Shown: positions 19,801 through 29,765 of the stretch, piece by piece | How positions within the stretch are numbered: the stretch's first letter is position 1 | How the letters are laid out: the number at the start of each line of letters is the position of its first letter | Origin: an uncultured virus (IMG/VR IMGVR_UViG_3300031834_000003) | Lineage: Duplodnaviria; Heunggongvirae; Uroviricota; Caudoviricetes | Reading direction: 5' to 3' (one strand) | Length of the DNA stretch: 64,000 nucleotides | IMG/VR virus record: IMGVR_UViG_3300031834_000003 | Notes under the pieces: generated by a model | Database searches by the model: none | Told to the model about the DNA's origin: nothing | What the model saw: only the letters and a program-made list of their open reading frames with translations | Translations under genes and position numbers: made by a program

Positions 19801-21187
19801 TCTTGTTCCAGTAGTGAATGGGGATAGTGCTTCAGATGTAGGTGGGAAAGTAAGGACAGCACTAACTAATGATGCTGATATCAGTGACTTCTTTACTGTC
19901 TCTGGTTCAGGAGCCACGGTTATTCTAACTGCTAAGAAAGTTGCTTCCAATGATACAACCATGAATATTGGTTCGAAGGATGGAACCTGTATAGGTCTTA
20001 CTGCAACAGCCAGGTCTGCTAACACAACTAAAGGTGTGAATTCAATTGCTTCCTCACATGGAGAAGTGGTAGTAAGTGTTTATTCTGAGTATCAGATTGA
20101 GTTACAGCGAGCTCAATACTACTCGACAGATATGGATATGACTGTTGGAGACATGGCTAAAGAAGTCTGCACTAAAGCTGGTTGTGTTGCTACAAGTAGG
20201 CTTAATGAGCTTTCTGAAAATGATATATCTGCGGGACAGTATGATTTTAGCTTATCTAAAACTGTGCGAAACTTTATTATGAGGATAAAAGGTGATTTTT
20301 CCAATTATGGTATTGGAGTATTTGCAACTGCTGACCCAACAGGTTCTCCTCTTCTGACCTATCGTGTATTCTATATTAAGAATAACGTACTTTACTACAA
20401 GACTACAACTAATCTTGTAAACTTTACAGATGTTGAAGAGTTCTCACCGGTTGAGCTTATAGGACATGATAGTACAAACTCCGAGGCACTCTTTAGCTTC
20501 AATGATGGTGCAGTCTCGATATGGTTGGATGGCTTATACATTCATACCTTTGTTGCTTATCATGTGGACTGGGATACCACTGATAAGTATGCTGGTGTGT
20601 TTACTATGGATGCAAGCACCATTACAGTCGAGTGGGAAGAGGCTGATATCCGAGTGGATAACTTTATCCTCGATATGGGACAGTCCGGGTCTAAGCTTTT
20701 AGATATGATGATTGGTGAGAAGCGGATTTGGTATACCGATAAGGCTGATGGAACTATAGAAGTCTTTACTAGTAATACGCAGATAGGAAATATTACTTTG
20801 GGAGTTCAGTCTGGGGAAATAGAAACTAATGATGCTTTAGCTACTCGAGTGAGGGCTGAGGGTGGTGAAGCTTCGGAAGTAATTGATGAGGATGTTCTTG
20901 AATTATATGGGAATATTTTTCGGCTTATCAATGCCCGAGAAGCTTACGATGAAAATGATGCTAAGCGCTTTGCTAATTATGCTCTTGAGGATATGGTTGG
21001 ACGGATTAAGTTTACAACTTACTCTGGAGCCGCCGACCCTCGCTTAGAAGCGTTTGATGAAGTTATTCTACCAACTGGTGGAGATGCTATTGTGGATAGT
21101 GTTTCTAATATGATTGCCATAACGATGGAAGAGGCAATCTTTGATATGAATGTGAGGGTAAGATGGCGCGCCAAAGAGATATCATAA
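16832..21187 (+). CDS. Large tail tip/hub protein
   Basis: 1451 aa, beta-rich. Hub-like C-terminus (…ATRVRAEG…LYG…DPRLEAFDEV…). Confidence 0.6.
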   Translation: MRPISFTPSSVRTVSAKARYTTPLPSWTALTHNDTLAQAINSYDADNDGDIITRVANVGAQLLASQYLDVSNLEGPFNPWVVSEITLKSGSRPGIRNLTTYYQKANGEVWIGYVAAEGFTENTKVYEDTVHALAIAPVSETIFYAEYLDSTHVKRIFRYDTGTNTKWEWSGAIHGNALEIGGIDVETWYRKYGDGKTVEYIYFTEESGNRAMYLTFILSATGVWSDPKYVFPLDVLDDTSYYKLGLVSNINDLNLILTTKTKRKNGDALRTYHIGPLQWSTGREMILNIDNSTNNNPAKVFLSGSKLFYLYYGGWYWSEYAEYFGGSAGYPYYDNWTAISQIISAKYSSSGPVAQLDQLELPYSIAGLHSNQTLELTVTINGTDYVIGTYDIDMVGKSEHGAGKNQEIVGRSNASKRLTQWQADTSYDFWSQTKQNSGPEDRGEFVIISGQYIFEDNKICTDIYDLDTCTYPGARMYPTKLNVPGYVKMVSKACRDGSMRAKFNRLSGTYHAKYGVGLHFYQLNVVEIADYLVKDVTDVTKAEAEEIKANGIVAVYSDTEFAGAPGVGLYKIRNGVMTQLSSASLVIGDNEVHWLMITSHSGYFNVYYRKDADVAWTTALTYTYLDDDGLWISGVIADKVGQGFLYLENYTPHQDCYPFQSDTDYIPLKGSHSEFPASGDVIVEDERIGYSSKSSNVTKYGPYVYGGITTIEENTDIDGGWLPFANYRDTVAVRQQITAGNFYVRRIKVYVEKNNIPYDGLQVCVYTTPVNKKTPAGKMVASVTIPITDFPVTDTFYWVTADFPEHTLFRNGDWIMLYREENPTHPRNTEYYTTMENDGYTIPCELFDEDTDQWSQWSGGCIPFKIYGTPVSAGDYYGVQITGGPNVSNLVNSALVVVDGTGKNYSWKIVGYTYGSPASTVYISEDPEDILGADSYLAIAPTLLGLTRGENYAGLARQIETATITGTITTSGNAIISVRAMGMDGNPKEVLVPVVNGDSASDVGGKVRTALTNDADISDFFTVSGSGATVILTAKKVASNDTTMNIGSKDGTCIGLTATARSANTTKGVNSIASSHGEVVVSVYSEYQIELQRAQYYSTDMDMTVGDMAKEVCTKAGCVATSRLNELSENDISAGQYDFSLSKTVRNFIMRIKGDFSNYGIGVFATADPTGSPLLTYRVFYIKNNVLYYKTTTNLVNFTDVEEFSPVELIGHDSTNSEALFSFNDGAVSIWLDGLYIHTFVAYHVDWDTTDKYAGVFTMDASTITVEWEEADIRVDNFILDMGQSGSKLLDMMIGEKRIWYTDKADGTIEVFTSNTQIGNITLGVQSGEIETNDALATRVRAEGGEASEVIDEDVLELYGNIFRLINAREAYDENDAKRFANYALEDMVGRIKFTTYSGAADPRLEAFDEVILPTGGDAIVDSVSNMIAITMEEAIFDMNVRVRWRAKEIS

Positions 21188-23220
21188 AGAGTGTTGCCAA
21201 ATCAATCCTTACACCTCGCTTTGACAGAGCAATAGTGAGGCGTGTTGATGGGGATAGAGTAGATGTTGTTACTATTCGTTCATCGAATGCTATTCGCAAT
21301 GTTCGTGTTGGTGGGAATGTTGGACAGCTAAATGTTGGTGATAGAGTAACGATAGTTTGGTCTGATGAAAGACCAGTTGTTATCTATGGGGATACCTTTA
21401 CCTATAATGAAGCAGCGGTAACAGAACAGATAACATTTCCAGAGAAACCAGCTGAGTATGTTACAGGAGAGGGAATAAAGCTTTACCATTCTTCTGGACA
21501 GGTAGATATATATCCTGTTACTGAAGATGGACTTGAAGAGGCTTTAGCTTCCGCAGATATAGATAGTGTTGTTTTTGTCCCAGCTGCACAGTTATCTGGA
21601 GACTTTGAGGTGCCTGGTGGTACAACATTAAAAGGTATTGATAAGAGAGCAACTGTAATTCAGGGTGTTATTACTGCTACCGGTGGAGCAAAGTTACGAG
21701 GATTAACAGTACTATGTTATCAGGATACATCAAGTGATATCTATGCGGTAATAGGTCCAGATGACACAGACCTCACAATTCAGGATTGTCTTATTCAGGT
21801 ATCTAATTGTGGTTCTGGAGATTCTATTGCTATTCAGATGAATGATGGCAATATCAATATCGAGAATACTAAATTATCTTGTGCCTCGGTGGGTGGTACT
21901 ACTCATATTATTGAGTGTGCTGGTGGGGGTATTGCTACACTTCTTGATTGTCCTCTTTCCAGTGCTGGTATTTATTATACTGATGATACTAAGGTGTCGG
22001 TATATGGAACAAGTGTTACTTCTTCTGATTTAGCTGGTTATTGTAATCCTGGTTATACATTAAATTTAGTTCAGAATGTTAGTAGATTTAATAATAGACC
22101 GCTCTATGAGAATGGATTTGTTGGTCATGTATCATCTACTTCTCTTGAGCATAGAATTATTACTGGATTAACTAGTAGGGATAAACCTCTTTCAAATTCT
22201 TCATATGTTATCTTTGCTAATCTTGATACTTTTAATACTGCTCATAGTATGTATGTTGGAGATAAGGTTTCTCGTTATAACATAAACACAGATACTATTG
22301 AAGAAATTTCCTTTACTGGAAAAACGGTCTGGGATGTTGTTCTAGTTGATAGTGATATTTGTTATGCTTTGGTTTCCAATGATGGGTCAAGTTGTGATAT
22401 TTATAAACTTGACTTTTCTAATATGAGTGCTTTAAGTATTTGGTCTGGAAGTTATATTTATCAATCTTTGTATATTAATGAACTTGATAACGATTATCTT
22501 CTTGCCTATGGGTTTGCAAATCCATATACGGACTATAATTTATACTTTGGTGGATACAAAATATCTACCGATACCATGTCTGAAACAAGCGTTCATTACT
22601 TTCATACTGCTCTATGTGGGGTTATAAAACCATCTGCATATGTGGCTGGAACATTTGGAACAGTTGCACTTCTAATGGGAAGATGGAGAGATAATTGTCC
22701 TCCCGATTTAGGTGGACAATTCGCAAGTGATTATTGGGCAAACTATGATTTTTCTAACAATACAGCAGCCGTTGATGCAACAATAACCTCCGAGAACCAC
22801 GATTATGTCAGAGACGATACTAATTCTGTAGTCCTAGTTCGTGGTACCACCATGTATACCGTCACCCCGGCAACCCTTGCAAAAGCTACTATAACTGGAT
22901 TGGGAACGGTATCTCATTTATTCATTGGTAGCGACGATATTTATTATTCGAATATTGTTGATTATAGTAGCTACAACATTTATAAATATTCTACAAAAGT
23001 ACTTATGGGCACACTGGCATATAATAGTGGCTATCTACCTGCACGATACTTAGATGATGAGGACTATATAAACGTAGCCAAAGACGTTAGTAGAAATGTT
23101 TTGAAGAGGGTTCTAATAAGTAATTTTAGCACAACGGAAGAAATATCTATTACATATAGTTTTGGTCTTCTTGATATTAGAGGTGAGGGTCTTATTCACT
23201 TGGACGGAGTATTTATATAA
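21163..23220 (+). CDS. Tail spike/fibre-like protein (OB-fold-like N-terminus, beta-helix-like middle)
   Basis: 685 aa with a beta-helix-like pattern at about aa 120-290 and a variable, AT-rich C-terminus. Confidence 0.5.
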   Translation: MARQRDIIKSVAKSILTPRFDRAIVRRVDGDRVDVVTIRSSNAIRNVRVGGNVGQLNVGDRVTIVWSDERPVVIYGDTFTYNEAAVTEQITFPEKPAEYVTGEGIKLYHSSGQVDIYPVTEDGLEEALASADIDSVVFVPAAQLSGDFEVPGGTTLKGIDKRATVIQGVITATGGAKLRGLTVLCYQDTSSDIYAVIGPDDTDLTIQDCLIQVSNCGSGDSIAIQMNDGNINIENTKLSCASVGGTTHIIECAGGGIATLLDCPLSSAGIYYTDDTKVSVYGTSVTSSDLAGYCNPGYTLNLVQNVSRFNNRPLYENGFVGHVSSTSLEHRIITGLTSRDKPLSNSSYVIFANLDTFNTAHSMYVGDKVSRYNINTDTIEEISFTGKTVWDVVLVDSDICYALVSNDGSSCDIYKLDFSNMSALSIWSGSYIYQSLYINELDNDYLLAYGFANPYTDYNLYFGGYKISTDTMSETSVHYFHTALCGVIKPSAYVAGTFGTVALLMGRWRDNCPPDLGGQFASDYWANYDFSNNTAAVDATITSENHDYVRDDTNSVVLVRGTTMYTVTPATLAKATITGLGTVSHLFIGSDDIYYSNIVDYSSYNIYKYSTKVLMGTLAYNSGYLPARYLDDEDYINVAKDVSRNVLKRVLISNFSTTEEISITYSFGLLDIRGEGLIHLDGVFI

Positions 23221-24854
23221 TGCCTATCCCTATTAAGGGTGACCGGTCTGCGTTTGATGATATTGATTATCCCGAGAAGCATAGTGCTGACCTCGAGGCT
23301 GGTACTCCTATTCACCATCTTCCGATTAATGCTAGTGAGGGTGATACGATAGTATGGAGAACTGACCATTGGGAATTAGAAGCTGCTGGAGGTAGTGGTT
23401 CGGTTGAATTAATGGAAGGTGCTGTTGGATACGGGGATAGTGATGATATTCTAACCGGTGATATTGATTTATTAAATTTTAGTGCAACTGGTCCAATTCT
23501 TCAGTTGGGTGCCTCTGCTGTTTTGGATACTCTTGTTCCAAGTATCTATAGTGTTGGAGATGCAAAGTCGGCTCGAGTTGCTTCTGTTTCTTTTGGAGAT
23601 ACTCCAATTATAAGTGGATGGAAAACAAATGGAACTAAGGCAGCACCTACTGGTATTGTTGAGAATGATGAACTTATTAATATTTCTGTTGTTGGTTATG
23701 CAGTTGGTTCCTGGAGAGCAGCTCGTAATTTTATCAAAGCTATTGCTACAGAAACATGGTCGGCAACTGCTCGAGGTGCTAAGTGGTTACTCCAGACTAC
23801 ACTCAATGGTACTGATACTGCGATAGATGCACTTGAGCTTACTGGAACAGAAGCTATCTTTGGTGTTCCAATCGTGCCTATTTCTATGGCAGATGATGAT
23901 GCTCCTGTTAATGGTCTTTACTTTAGTACGGATTTGGGTAGATTAGTTTATAAGCATGAGGGAGCAGTTCATGAATTATATAGTGATGTATTAGAATCTA
24001 TTTCTCCGTCTCCTTCATTCTCACCTAGTTTAAGTGCATCACGTTCTGATAGCCCATCCTATTCTCCATCTCCTAGTATGTCTAAGTCTGCTAGTGCGTC
24101 TATTTCACCTTCTCTTAGTCAGTCTAAATCTGATAGTCCATCTTACTCTCCGTCTCCTAGTGTGTCTAAGTCTGCTAGTGCATCCTATTCACCTTCTTCT
24201 AGTGCATCCAAATCTTCTAGTTCGTCTCTTTCACCATCTCCTAGTTTATCTAAATCTGCTAGTGTATCCGTTTCTCGCAGTCCAAGTCAAAGTCCATCGT
24301 CTTCTGCATCTCCCTCGTTGAGTGCATCTACATCTATTCCACAACTAATAGATAGCTATAGCGAAAGCAATTGTGATTCTGGTATTTCACTTGGATTTAA
24401 TACTATAGTGGGATTAGGACAATCATTTGTTGGAGATGGACTTGGAACACTACATAGCTGTAAATTTTGGATGAAGAAAAGTAGTACTCCAATTGGTAAT
24501 ATGGTAGCTCGTGTTTATGAGACTACTGACTATGTTATTAACAAAATACCTACTGGTTCTCCTATAGCTACATCTGTTGCCATTGATGTATCAACTCTTA
24601 CTACTAGTTATCAGCTAATTACATTTACTTTTACTGGTGGAAATAAAGCATCCCTAGAAGATGGAGTTATTTATGCTATCACTTGTCAATATTCAGGTGA
24701 TATGAATATATCTCATTTGATTGTATTAGGCATTGACCTTTCTTCACCAACACATGCAGGGAATATCTGTTCATTTGATGGTGCAACATGGATGCCAGGT
24801 GATGCACTTAATGAAGTATTTACTGATTTATGTTTCTATATTTATGAGGATTAG
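23220..24854 (+). CDS. Tail fibre/receptor-binding-like protein with Ser/Pro linker
   Basis: 544 aa with a ~115-aa SPS tract followed by a beta-sandwich-like domain (GLGQSF…KFWMKK…YQLITFTF). Confidence 0.5.
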   Translation: MPIPIKGDRSAFDDIDYPEKHSADLEAGTPIHHLPINASEGDTIVWRTDHWELEAAGGSGSVELMEGAVGYGDSDDILTGDIDLLNFSATGPILQLGASAVLDTLVPSIYSVGDAKSARVASVSFGDTPIISGWKTNGTKAAPTGIVENDELINISVVGYAVGSWRAARNFIKAIATETWSATARGAKWLLQTTLNGTDTAIDALELTGTEAIFGVPIVPISMADDDAPVNGLYFSTDLGRLVYKHEGAVHELYSDVLESISPSPSFSPSLSASRSDSPSYSPSPSMSKSASASISPSLSQSKSDSPSYSPSPSVSKSASASYSPSSSASKSSSSSLSPSPSLSKSASVSVSRSPSQSPSSSASPSLSASTSIPQLIDSYSESNCDSGISLGFNTIVGLGQSFVGDGLGTLHSCKFWMKKSSTPIGNMVARVYETTDYVINKIPTGSPIATSVAIDVSTLTTSYQLITFTFTGGNKASLEDGVIYAITCQYSGDMNISHLIVLGIDLSSPTHAGNICSFDGATWMPGDALNEVFTDLCFYIYED

Positions 24855-25715
24855 ATGACTAAAGTATCTGTGATTATTCCATCTCGTAATGAGATGTTTC
24901 TTCAGAAGACAGTAGCTGATTTGCTTGTCAAAGCAACTGGAGATATTGAGGTCATTGCTGTGCTGGATGGTTACTGGCCTGTGCCTCCACTCACTGAGGA
25001 TAAGCGGCTTATCCAGTTGCATCGTGGTACTGCATTAGGATTGAGGGCAGGTGTCAATGCAGCTGCTAGTGTTGCTCGGGGTGAGTACTTGATGAAGTGT
25101 GATGGGCATTGTATGTTTGGTGAGGGTTGGGATGAGATACTAAAGGCTGATTGTGAGGATAACTGGGTTGTTGTTCCTCGCCGGTTTAGCTTGGATGCTG
25201 AGAACTGGAAACCTCAGAAAGAGCCGATTGATTATGAGCATATCTTCTTTCCTCATGCTCATCCTGATGACCTTGGATTACATGCCAGACCCTGGATGGA
25301 GCGCAGCCGGGACCGTAAAGATATCCTAATAGATGAGGACATGAGTTTCCAAGGTTCTAGCTGGTTCATGAGTATGAAGCATTTCAAGCGCTTAGGTGGA
25401 TTGTCTGAGGAAGGTTATCTTACCTTTATGGGTGAGCCTCAGGAGATTCATTTCAAGACCCAGTTGGGCTCGAGTGAAGGGAAGTTGATGCGGAATAAGA
25501 AGACTTGGTTTGCTCATCTGCATAAGGGGAAACAGTATGGAAGAGGTTATCACATGGCTCAGAGTGAGCGTATTAATGGGAATGCTTACTCGTTTGATTT
25601 CTGGTGGAACAATCGCTGGACTGAACGAGTGCATGATATAGATTGGCTGTTTGAGAAATTCTGGCCCATCCCTAGCTGGCCTGAGAATTGGAGAGAAATA
25701 AGTGGATACGCTTGA
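24855..25715 (+). CDS. Glycosyltransferase family 2
   Basis: VSVIIPSRNE, IAVLDG, and GEYLMKCDGHC (DxH metal motif). Confidence 0.85.
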   Translation: MTKVSVIIPSRNEMFLQKTVADLLVKATGDIEVIAVLDGYWPVPPLTEDKRLIQLHRGTALGLRAGVNAAASVARGEYLMKCDGHCMFGEGWDEILKADCEDNWVVVPRRFSLDAENWKPQKEPIDYEHIFFPHAHPDDLGLHARPWMERSRDRKDILIDEDMSFQGSSWFMSMKHFKRLGGLSEEGYLTFMGEPQEIHFKTQLGSSEGKLMRNKKTWFAHLHKGKQYGRGYHMAQSERINGNAYSFDFWWNNRWTERVHDIDWLFEKFWPIPSWPENWREISGYA

Positions 25716-26370
25716 GTATATTGGTAGGAAGTTTGAATTAGATTTCAGTCAGAAGTCTCCGATTCCTATTTATAAAATCAATCGAGAGATTATGGCGCAG
25801 ACCCTAGCTGAGTTGAACCTCAATCTAGGTGTTGAGGTTGGTGTACATCGAGGTCTCCATGCTGAAATTCTATGTAAGAACAATCCTAACATCAAGCTCT
25901 ATGGGATTGACGCTTGGCAAAAGTACAGTGGTTATCATGATTATTCAGAAGCTAATATTTCCCATGCTCATAGAGAAGCTATACAACGGTTGGCACCTTA
26001 TAACTGTGAGCTTATTGAAGAGTTCAGCATGGATGCAGTTCAGAATTTCAAGACGCAATCTCTTGATTTTGTGTACATAGATGGCGCCCATGACTTCAAG
26101 AATGTGGCTATGGATATCTTTGAATGGACCAGAAGGGTTCGTATTGGTGGGGTTGTTTATGGTCATGACTTCAAACGTTCTAAAGGCAATTATCTCAATG
26201 CAGTTAAGGATGTAGTCCCGGCTTATATCTACCAGTATGGGATTAGACCCTGGTTTATCCTTGGGCAGACTGGTCATAACGATGGTCTATACCGTGAGGG
26301 TATGCAAAGCTGGATGTTTGTGAGGAGTAAGTCTAATGATAATCGCTCTGTGTATAGTAGTGATGAATAG
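25702..26370 (+). CDS. Class I SAM-dependent methyltransferase (Methyltransf_24-like)
   Basis: GVEVGVHRG, YGIDAW, LDFVYIDGAH, GGVVYGHD. Confidence 0.85.
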   Translation: MDTLEYIGRKFELDFSQKSPIPIYKINREIMAQTLAELNLNLGVEVGVHRGLHAEILCKNNPNIKLYGIDAWQKYSGYHDYSEANISHAHREAIQRLAPYNCELIEEFSMDAVQNFKTQSLDFVYIDGAHDFKNVAMDIFEWTRRVRIGGVVYGHDFKRSKGNYLNAVKDVVPAYIYQYGIRPWFILGQTGHNDGLYREGMQSWMFVRSKSNDNRSVYSSDE

Positions 26371-27070
26371 GTTAGCCGACCTTCGAAAGTCTTTGCCTAA
26401 GACAATCGAAGCAGCTAATCAGAGCGCACCGGTTCAGATTGTTATCCTCGATTATGACTCGAAGGATAATTTAGCTACCTATGTAGCTGGTATACAGAAG
26501 TCGGATTATCTTGCTTCTCCTAATCAGCTTATCTACGTGAAGTCGTCTAATCACCAGTTCTTTAGTATTTCTCACTCTCGTAATCTAGCAGCTTTAGCGA
26601 GTGATGGCGATTATATTGTGATACTGGATGCTGATATTTCTCCTAAGCTGAATTTTGTCACAACTATCCGTACTTTTCTTGTGCAAGAAAAACCAGTCTG
26701 GATGTGTGAAAAGGGTGGCAAAGCTGATGGAGGAATGCCAGCTGGACATATCTTTGTTTGTAAGAGAGATGAGTTTGTAACCTCGGGTGGTTATGATGAG
26801 CGCTTCAATGTCTGCGGTCCTGAGGATAAGGATATCTGTATGCGAATGCATATGCGAGGTGGTAAGTTTCGTACCTTTCCAAAGGATATCTATACTGAGG
26901 AGTACACCTCGCCAAGACAGAAGGTGCGTAATCTAAATCGAGAAGGCTATGATGGTAAAGGTTATTGTGGGAAGTTGGTGATGAGCCGAGCTATGCGGGT
27001 GTTCTACAAAGAGAACTTAGATAACCATGTTTTGGTAGCCAATGTTGGCAAGGAATGGGGTGTGCTATGA
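26336..27070 (+). CDS. Glycosyltransferase (GT2/GT7-like)
   Basis: VILDYDSKD, SRNLAA, ILDAD, GGYDERF…GPEDKD. Confidence 0.85.
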   Translation: MIIALCIVVMNRLADLRKSLPKTIEAANQSAPVQIVILDYDSKDNLATYVAGIQKSDYLASPNQLIYVKSSNHQFFSISHSRNLAALASDGDYIVILDADISPKLNFVTTIRTFLVQEKPVWMCEKGGKADGGMPAGHIFVCKRDEFVTSGGYDERFNVCGPEDKDICMRMHMRGGKFRTFPKDIYTEEYTSPRQKVRNLNREGYDGKGYCGKLVMSRAMRVFYKENLDNHVLVANVGKEWGVL

Positions 27071-27948
27071 AAGTATCTATTGTTATTCCCTCTAGGAATG
27101 AAACCTTTGTGGTTCGAATGGTTGAGGACTTGTTACTGAAGGCTACTGGCGATGTTGAAATTATTGTTGTCCAGGATGGACCTCCCTATCAGGAGTTCCC
27201 AAATGACAGGCGTATTGTAGTTGTCAATTCACCTCAGATGGGATTGAAACCCTGTGTCAACTTTGGTGTGGGTATTGCTACTGGAGAGTACATACTCAAG
27301 AGTGATGCTCATTGCATGTTTGGACCAGGCTTTGACGAAATACTAAAAGCTGATATGGAACCAAATTGGGTAGTTGTCCCTCGCTTCTATGTCTTGAATG
27401 CAGAGGAATGGAAGTTACAGGATGACCGGTTCTGGGATTACTTCTTCTTACACTGTCCTTTCACTGACCCAAAAGGTTTCAGGTTCAAGGCTGGTGGACA
27501 CTGGGATAGGAGAACCGCAGACCGTTTGGATATCTCGATTGATGAGACTATGCAGATGCATGGTTCTGCGTGGTTCATGACAAAGACCTATTTCACAAAG
27601 ACGTTGGGTGGAATGAGTTCGGTTGGTTACGATACTTTTGGTATGGAGCCTCCAGAGATTGGACTGAAGACTTGGTTGGGTGCTTGGGATGGCAAGCTGA
27701 TGGTCAATAAGAAGACTTGGTATGCTCACATGCATAAAGGTCGTGAGAGACCCCGAGGCTATCTCCTCAGCCGAGATAGAATTCAAGCCTCGTATGATTA
27801 TGCGGCTCGCTACTGGATTGGTAATGAATGGCAAGAGCGAGTACATAATTTACAGTGGTTAGTTGAGAAGTTCTGGCCCGTACCTACCTGGCCTGACAAT
27901 TGGCGAGAGCTATGGCATACATGGAAAGTGAGTCAAGATGACAAGTAA
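27067..27948 (+). CDS. Glycosyltransferase family 2 (paralogue of 24855)
   Basis: VSIVIPSRNE and GEYILKSDAHC. ATG at 27067 overlaps the previous stop. Confidence 0.85.
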   Translation: MKVSIVIPSRNETFVVRMVEDLLLKATGDVEIIVVQDGPPYQEFPNDRRIVVVNSPQMGLKPCVNFGVGIATGEYILKSDAHCMFGPGFDEILKADMEPNWVVVPRFYVLNAEEWKLQDDRFWDYFFLHCPFTDPKGFRFKAGGHWDRRTADRLDISIDETMQMHGSAWFMTKTYFTKTLGGMSSVGYDTFGMEPPEIGLKTWLGAWDGKLMVNKKTWYAHMHKGRERPRGYLLSRDRIQASYDYAARYWIGNEWQERVHNLQWLVEKFWPVPTWPDNWRELWHTWKVSQDDK

Positions 27949-28867
27949 GAAAGTATTAATTTCCGGCGGTGCCGGATTCATTGGAAGTCATTTAGTCAGG
28001 CGTTTACTAGCTGATGGTAAGTCAGTTATCGTCATTGATGATTTCTCCGAGGGTAGGCGAGAGAACCTTCCTGGTGGTGAGAATCTGATGGTCTTTGAGG
28101 CGTCTGTCTGCGATGGTGTTGACTTTCTTTTCGAGAATGTAGATACAGTCTTTCACTTAGCTGCGTTGCCCAGACCTCAATGGTCGATTACGCATCCCGA
28201 AGAAACACATAGAGTTAATGTAACTGGTACGCTGAAAACACTGCTACATTGTAGGGATAACAATATCAGAAAGGTTGTCTTTGCCTCCAGTGCATTCATC
28301 TATGGAGAGCAGGAAATCCAGCCCATGGCTGAGACAGCTACTCCTTATCTTATGTGTCCCTATGCCTTGCACAAATTGGTTGGTGAGCAATATTGTCAGT
28401 TGTTCTCCGACTTATACGGTCTTCAGACTATTAGCCTGCGTTTCTTCAATGTTTATGGGAGCAGGATGAACCCAGATAGTCCCTATTCTGCCTTGATACC
28501 TAAGTTTATCAAGATGATTGACGAAGGCTTGCCACCTCCTATTCATGGAGATGGACAACAACTCCGAGACTTTGTTTATATTGACGACTTGGTTGATGGA
28601 ATTATTTTAGCCTCGCAGTTAGATGTAGGAGGCGTTATCAATCTGGGTTATGGTAAGACCCGTTCTGTAAATGATGTACACAAAATCATTTGTGACTTGC
28701 TAGGAACATGGGTTGAGCCTGTTCATGTAGACCCTGTAATAGAACCTCGTATATCTCATGCCAATCGTGAGAAAGCTCAGGAACTATTAGGCTGGGTTCC
28801 TAAGATAGATTTAGAAGAAGGAATTAACAGGATTATCAATGAGAGTGTATTCATCAGCACCCTGTAG
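27938..28867 (+). CDS. NAD-dependent nucleotide-sugar epimerase/dehydratase (extended SDR)
   Basis: GGAGFIGS, YALHK (YxxxK), RFFNVYG, RDFVYIDD. Confidence 0.9.
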   Translation: MTSKKVLISGGAGFIGSHLVRRLLADGKSVIVIDDFSEGRRENLPGGENLMVFEASVCDGVDFLFENVDTVFHLAALPRPQWSITHPEETHRVNVTGTLKTLLHCRDNNIRKVVFASSAFIYGEQEIQPMAETATPYLMCPYALHKLVGEQYCQLFSDLYGLQTISLRFFNVYGSRMNPDSPYSALIPKFIKMIDEGLPPPIHGDGQQLRDFVYIDDLVDGIILASQLDVGGVINLGYGKTRSVNDVHKIICDLLGTWVEPVHVDPVIEPRISHANREKAQELLGWVPKIDLEEGINRIINESVFISTL

Positions 28868-29765
28868 AATATCATTATTCGGTGGAGGTACAGACGTTCC
28901 TCCCTATTCAGACAAGTTTGGTGGTGTCTGTATAAGCATCGCTATCAATATTCGACAAGAGATAATCTTGAACGAGGTTGATGATTGGAAGTTGGAGCCA
29001 TTTGATAATCCAGATTTCTTCCATCTCTTGTTGGATAGTCTGGTACTTGGTAATAACTATGGTATTGAGCATACCTTTCGAGGAGAGATTGAGTCTGGTC
29101 TTGGTACCAGCGCTTCTTTAGCAGTAGCTTTGGTAGGTGCAGTTAATAAGTTGAAAGATTGGAAGTGGTCTTTGTCTGAGATTGCTGAGAAAGCCAGAGA
29201 GCTTGAGGTAGATAACATTGGTCTTTTTACAGGGCGCCAGGACCAGTATGCGGCTGCCTATGGCGGTTTCAATATCATGAGTTTCTTCAAGGATATACAG
29301 GTATGGGGACTTAGGAAAGAATTGTTGCAGCCTATAGAGCCATACCTGATGCTATTCCATAATGGAGTGAAGAGACAGGCTGCTAACATCCTCGATGGCT
29401 ATAAGTTTCTTGACCGTGAAAAGATAGAGATGTTCAATCAGATAAAGATATTAGCCTATCAGGGGATTGGCTTACTATCGAAGAAGGATGTTACTTACCT
29501 CGCCAGAACCCTCAATGATTCTTGGGAGATAAAGAAGAAGTCCAGTGTTTTTATTACTAATCCTAAGATAAATATGTACTACGACTTTGCAATTGAGAGT
29601 GGTGCATTAGCAGGAAAGGTTTGTGGCGCCGGTGGTGGTGGCTATATGGTTTTTATTGTCCCTCCAGACATTCAAGAAGAGTTTACTAAGAAGGTCGAGA
29701 AGAAGGGGCTTAGAAGGATAGACTTTTCCCCAGATTGGAAAGGACTAGAGTGCAGGTTCCTATGA
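28839..29765 (+). CDS. hddA: GHMP-family sugar kinase, D-glycero-D-manno-heptose-7-phosphate kinase-like
   Basis: APCRISLFGGGTD, SGLGTSAS, GRQDQYAAAYGG, GKVCGAGGGG. Confidence 0.8.
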   Translation: MRVYSSAPCRISLFGGGTDVPPYSDKFGGVCISIAINIRQEIILNEVDDWKLEPFDNPDFFHLLLDSLVLGNNYGIEHTFRGEIESGLGTSASLAVALVGAVNKLKDWKWSLSEIAEKARELEVDNIGLFTGRQDQYAAAYGGFNIMSFFKDIQVWGLRKELLQPIEPYLMLFHNGVKRQAANILDGYKFLDREKIEMFNQIKILAYQGIGLLSKKDVTYLARTLNDSWEIKKKSSVFITNPKINMYYDFAIESGALAGKVCGAGGGGYMVFIVPPDIQEEFTKKVEKKGLRRIDFSPDWKGLECRFL

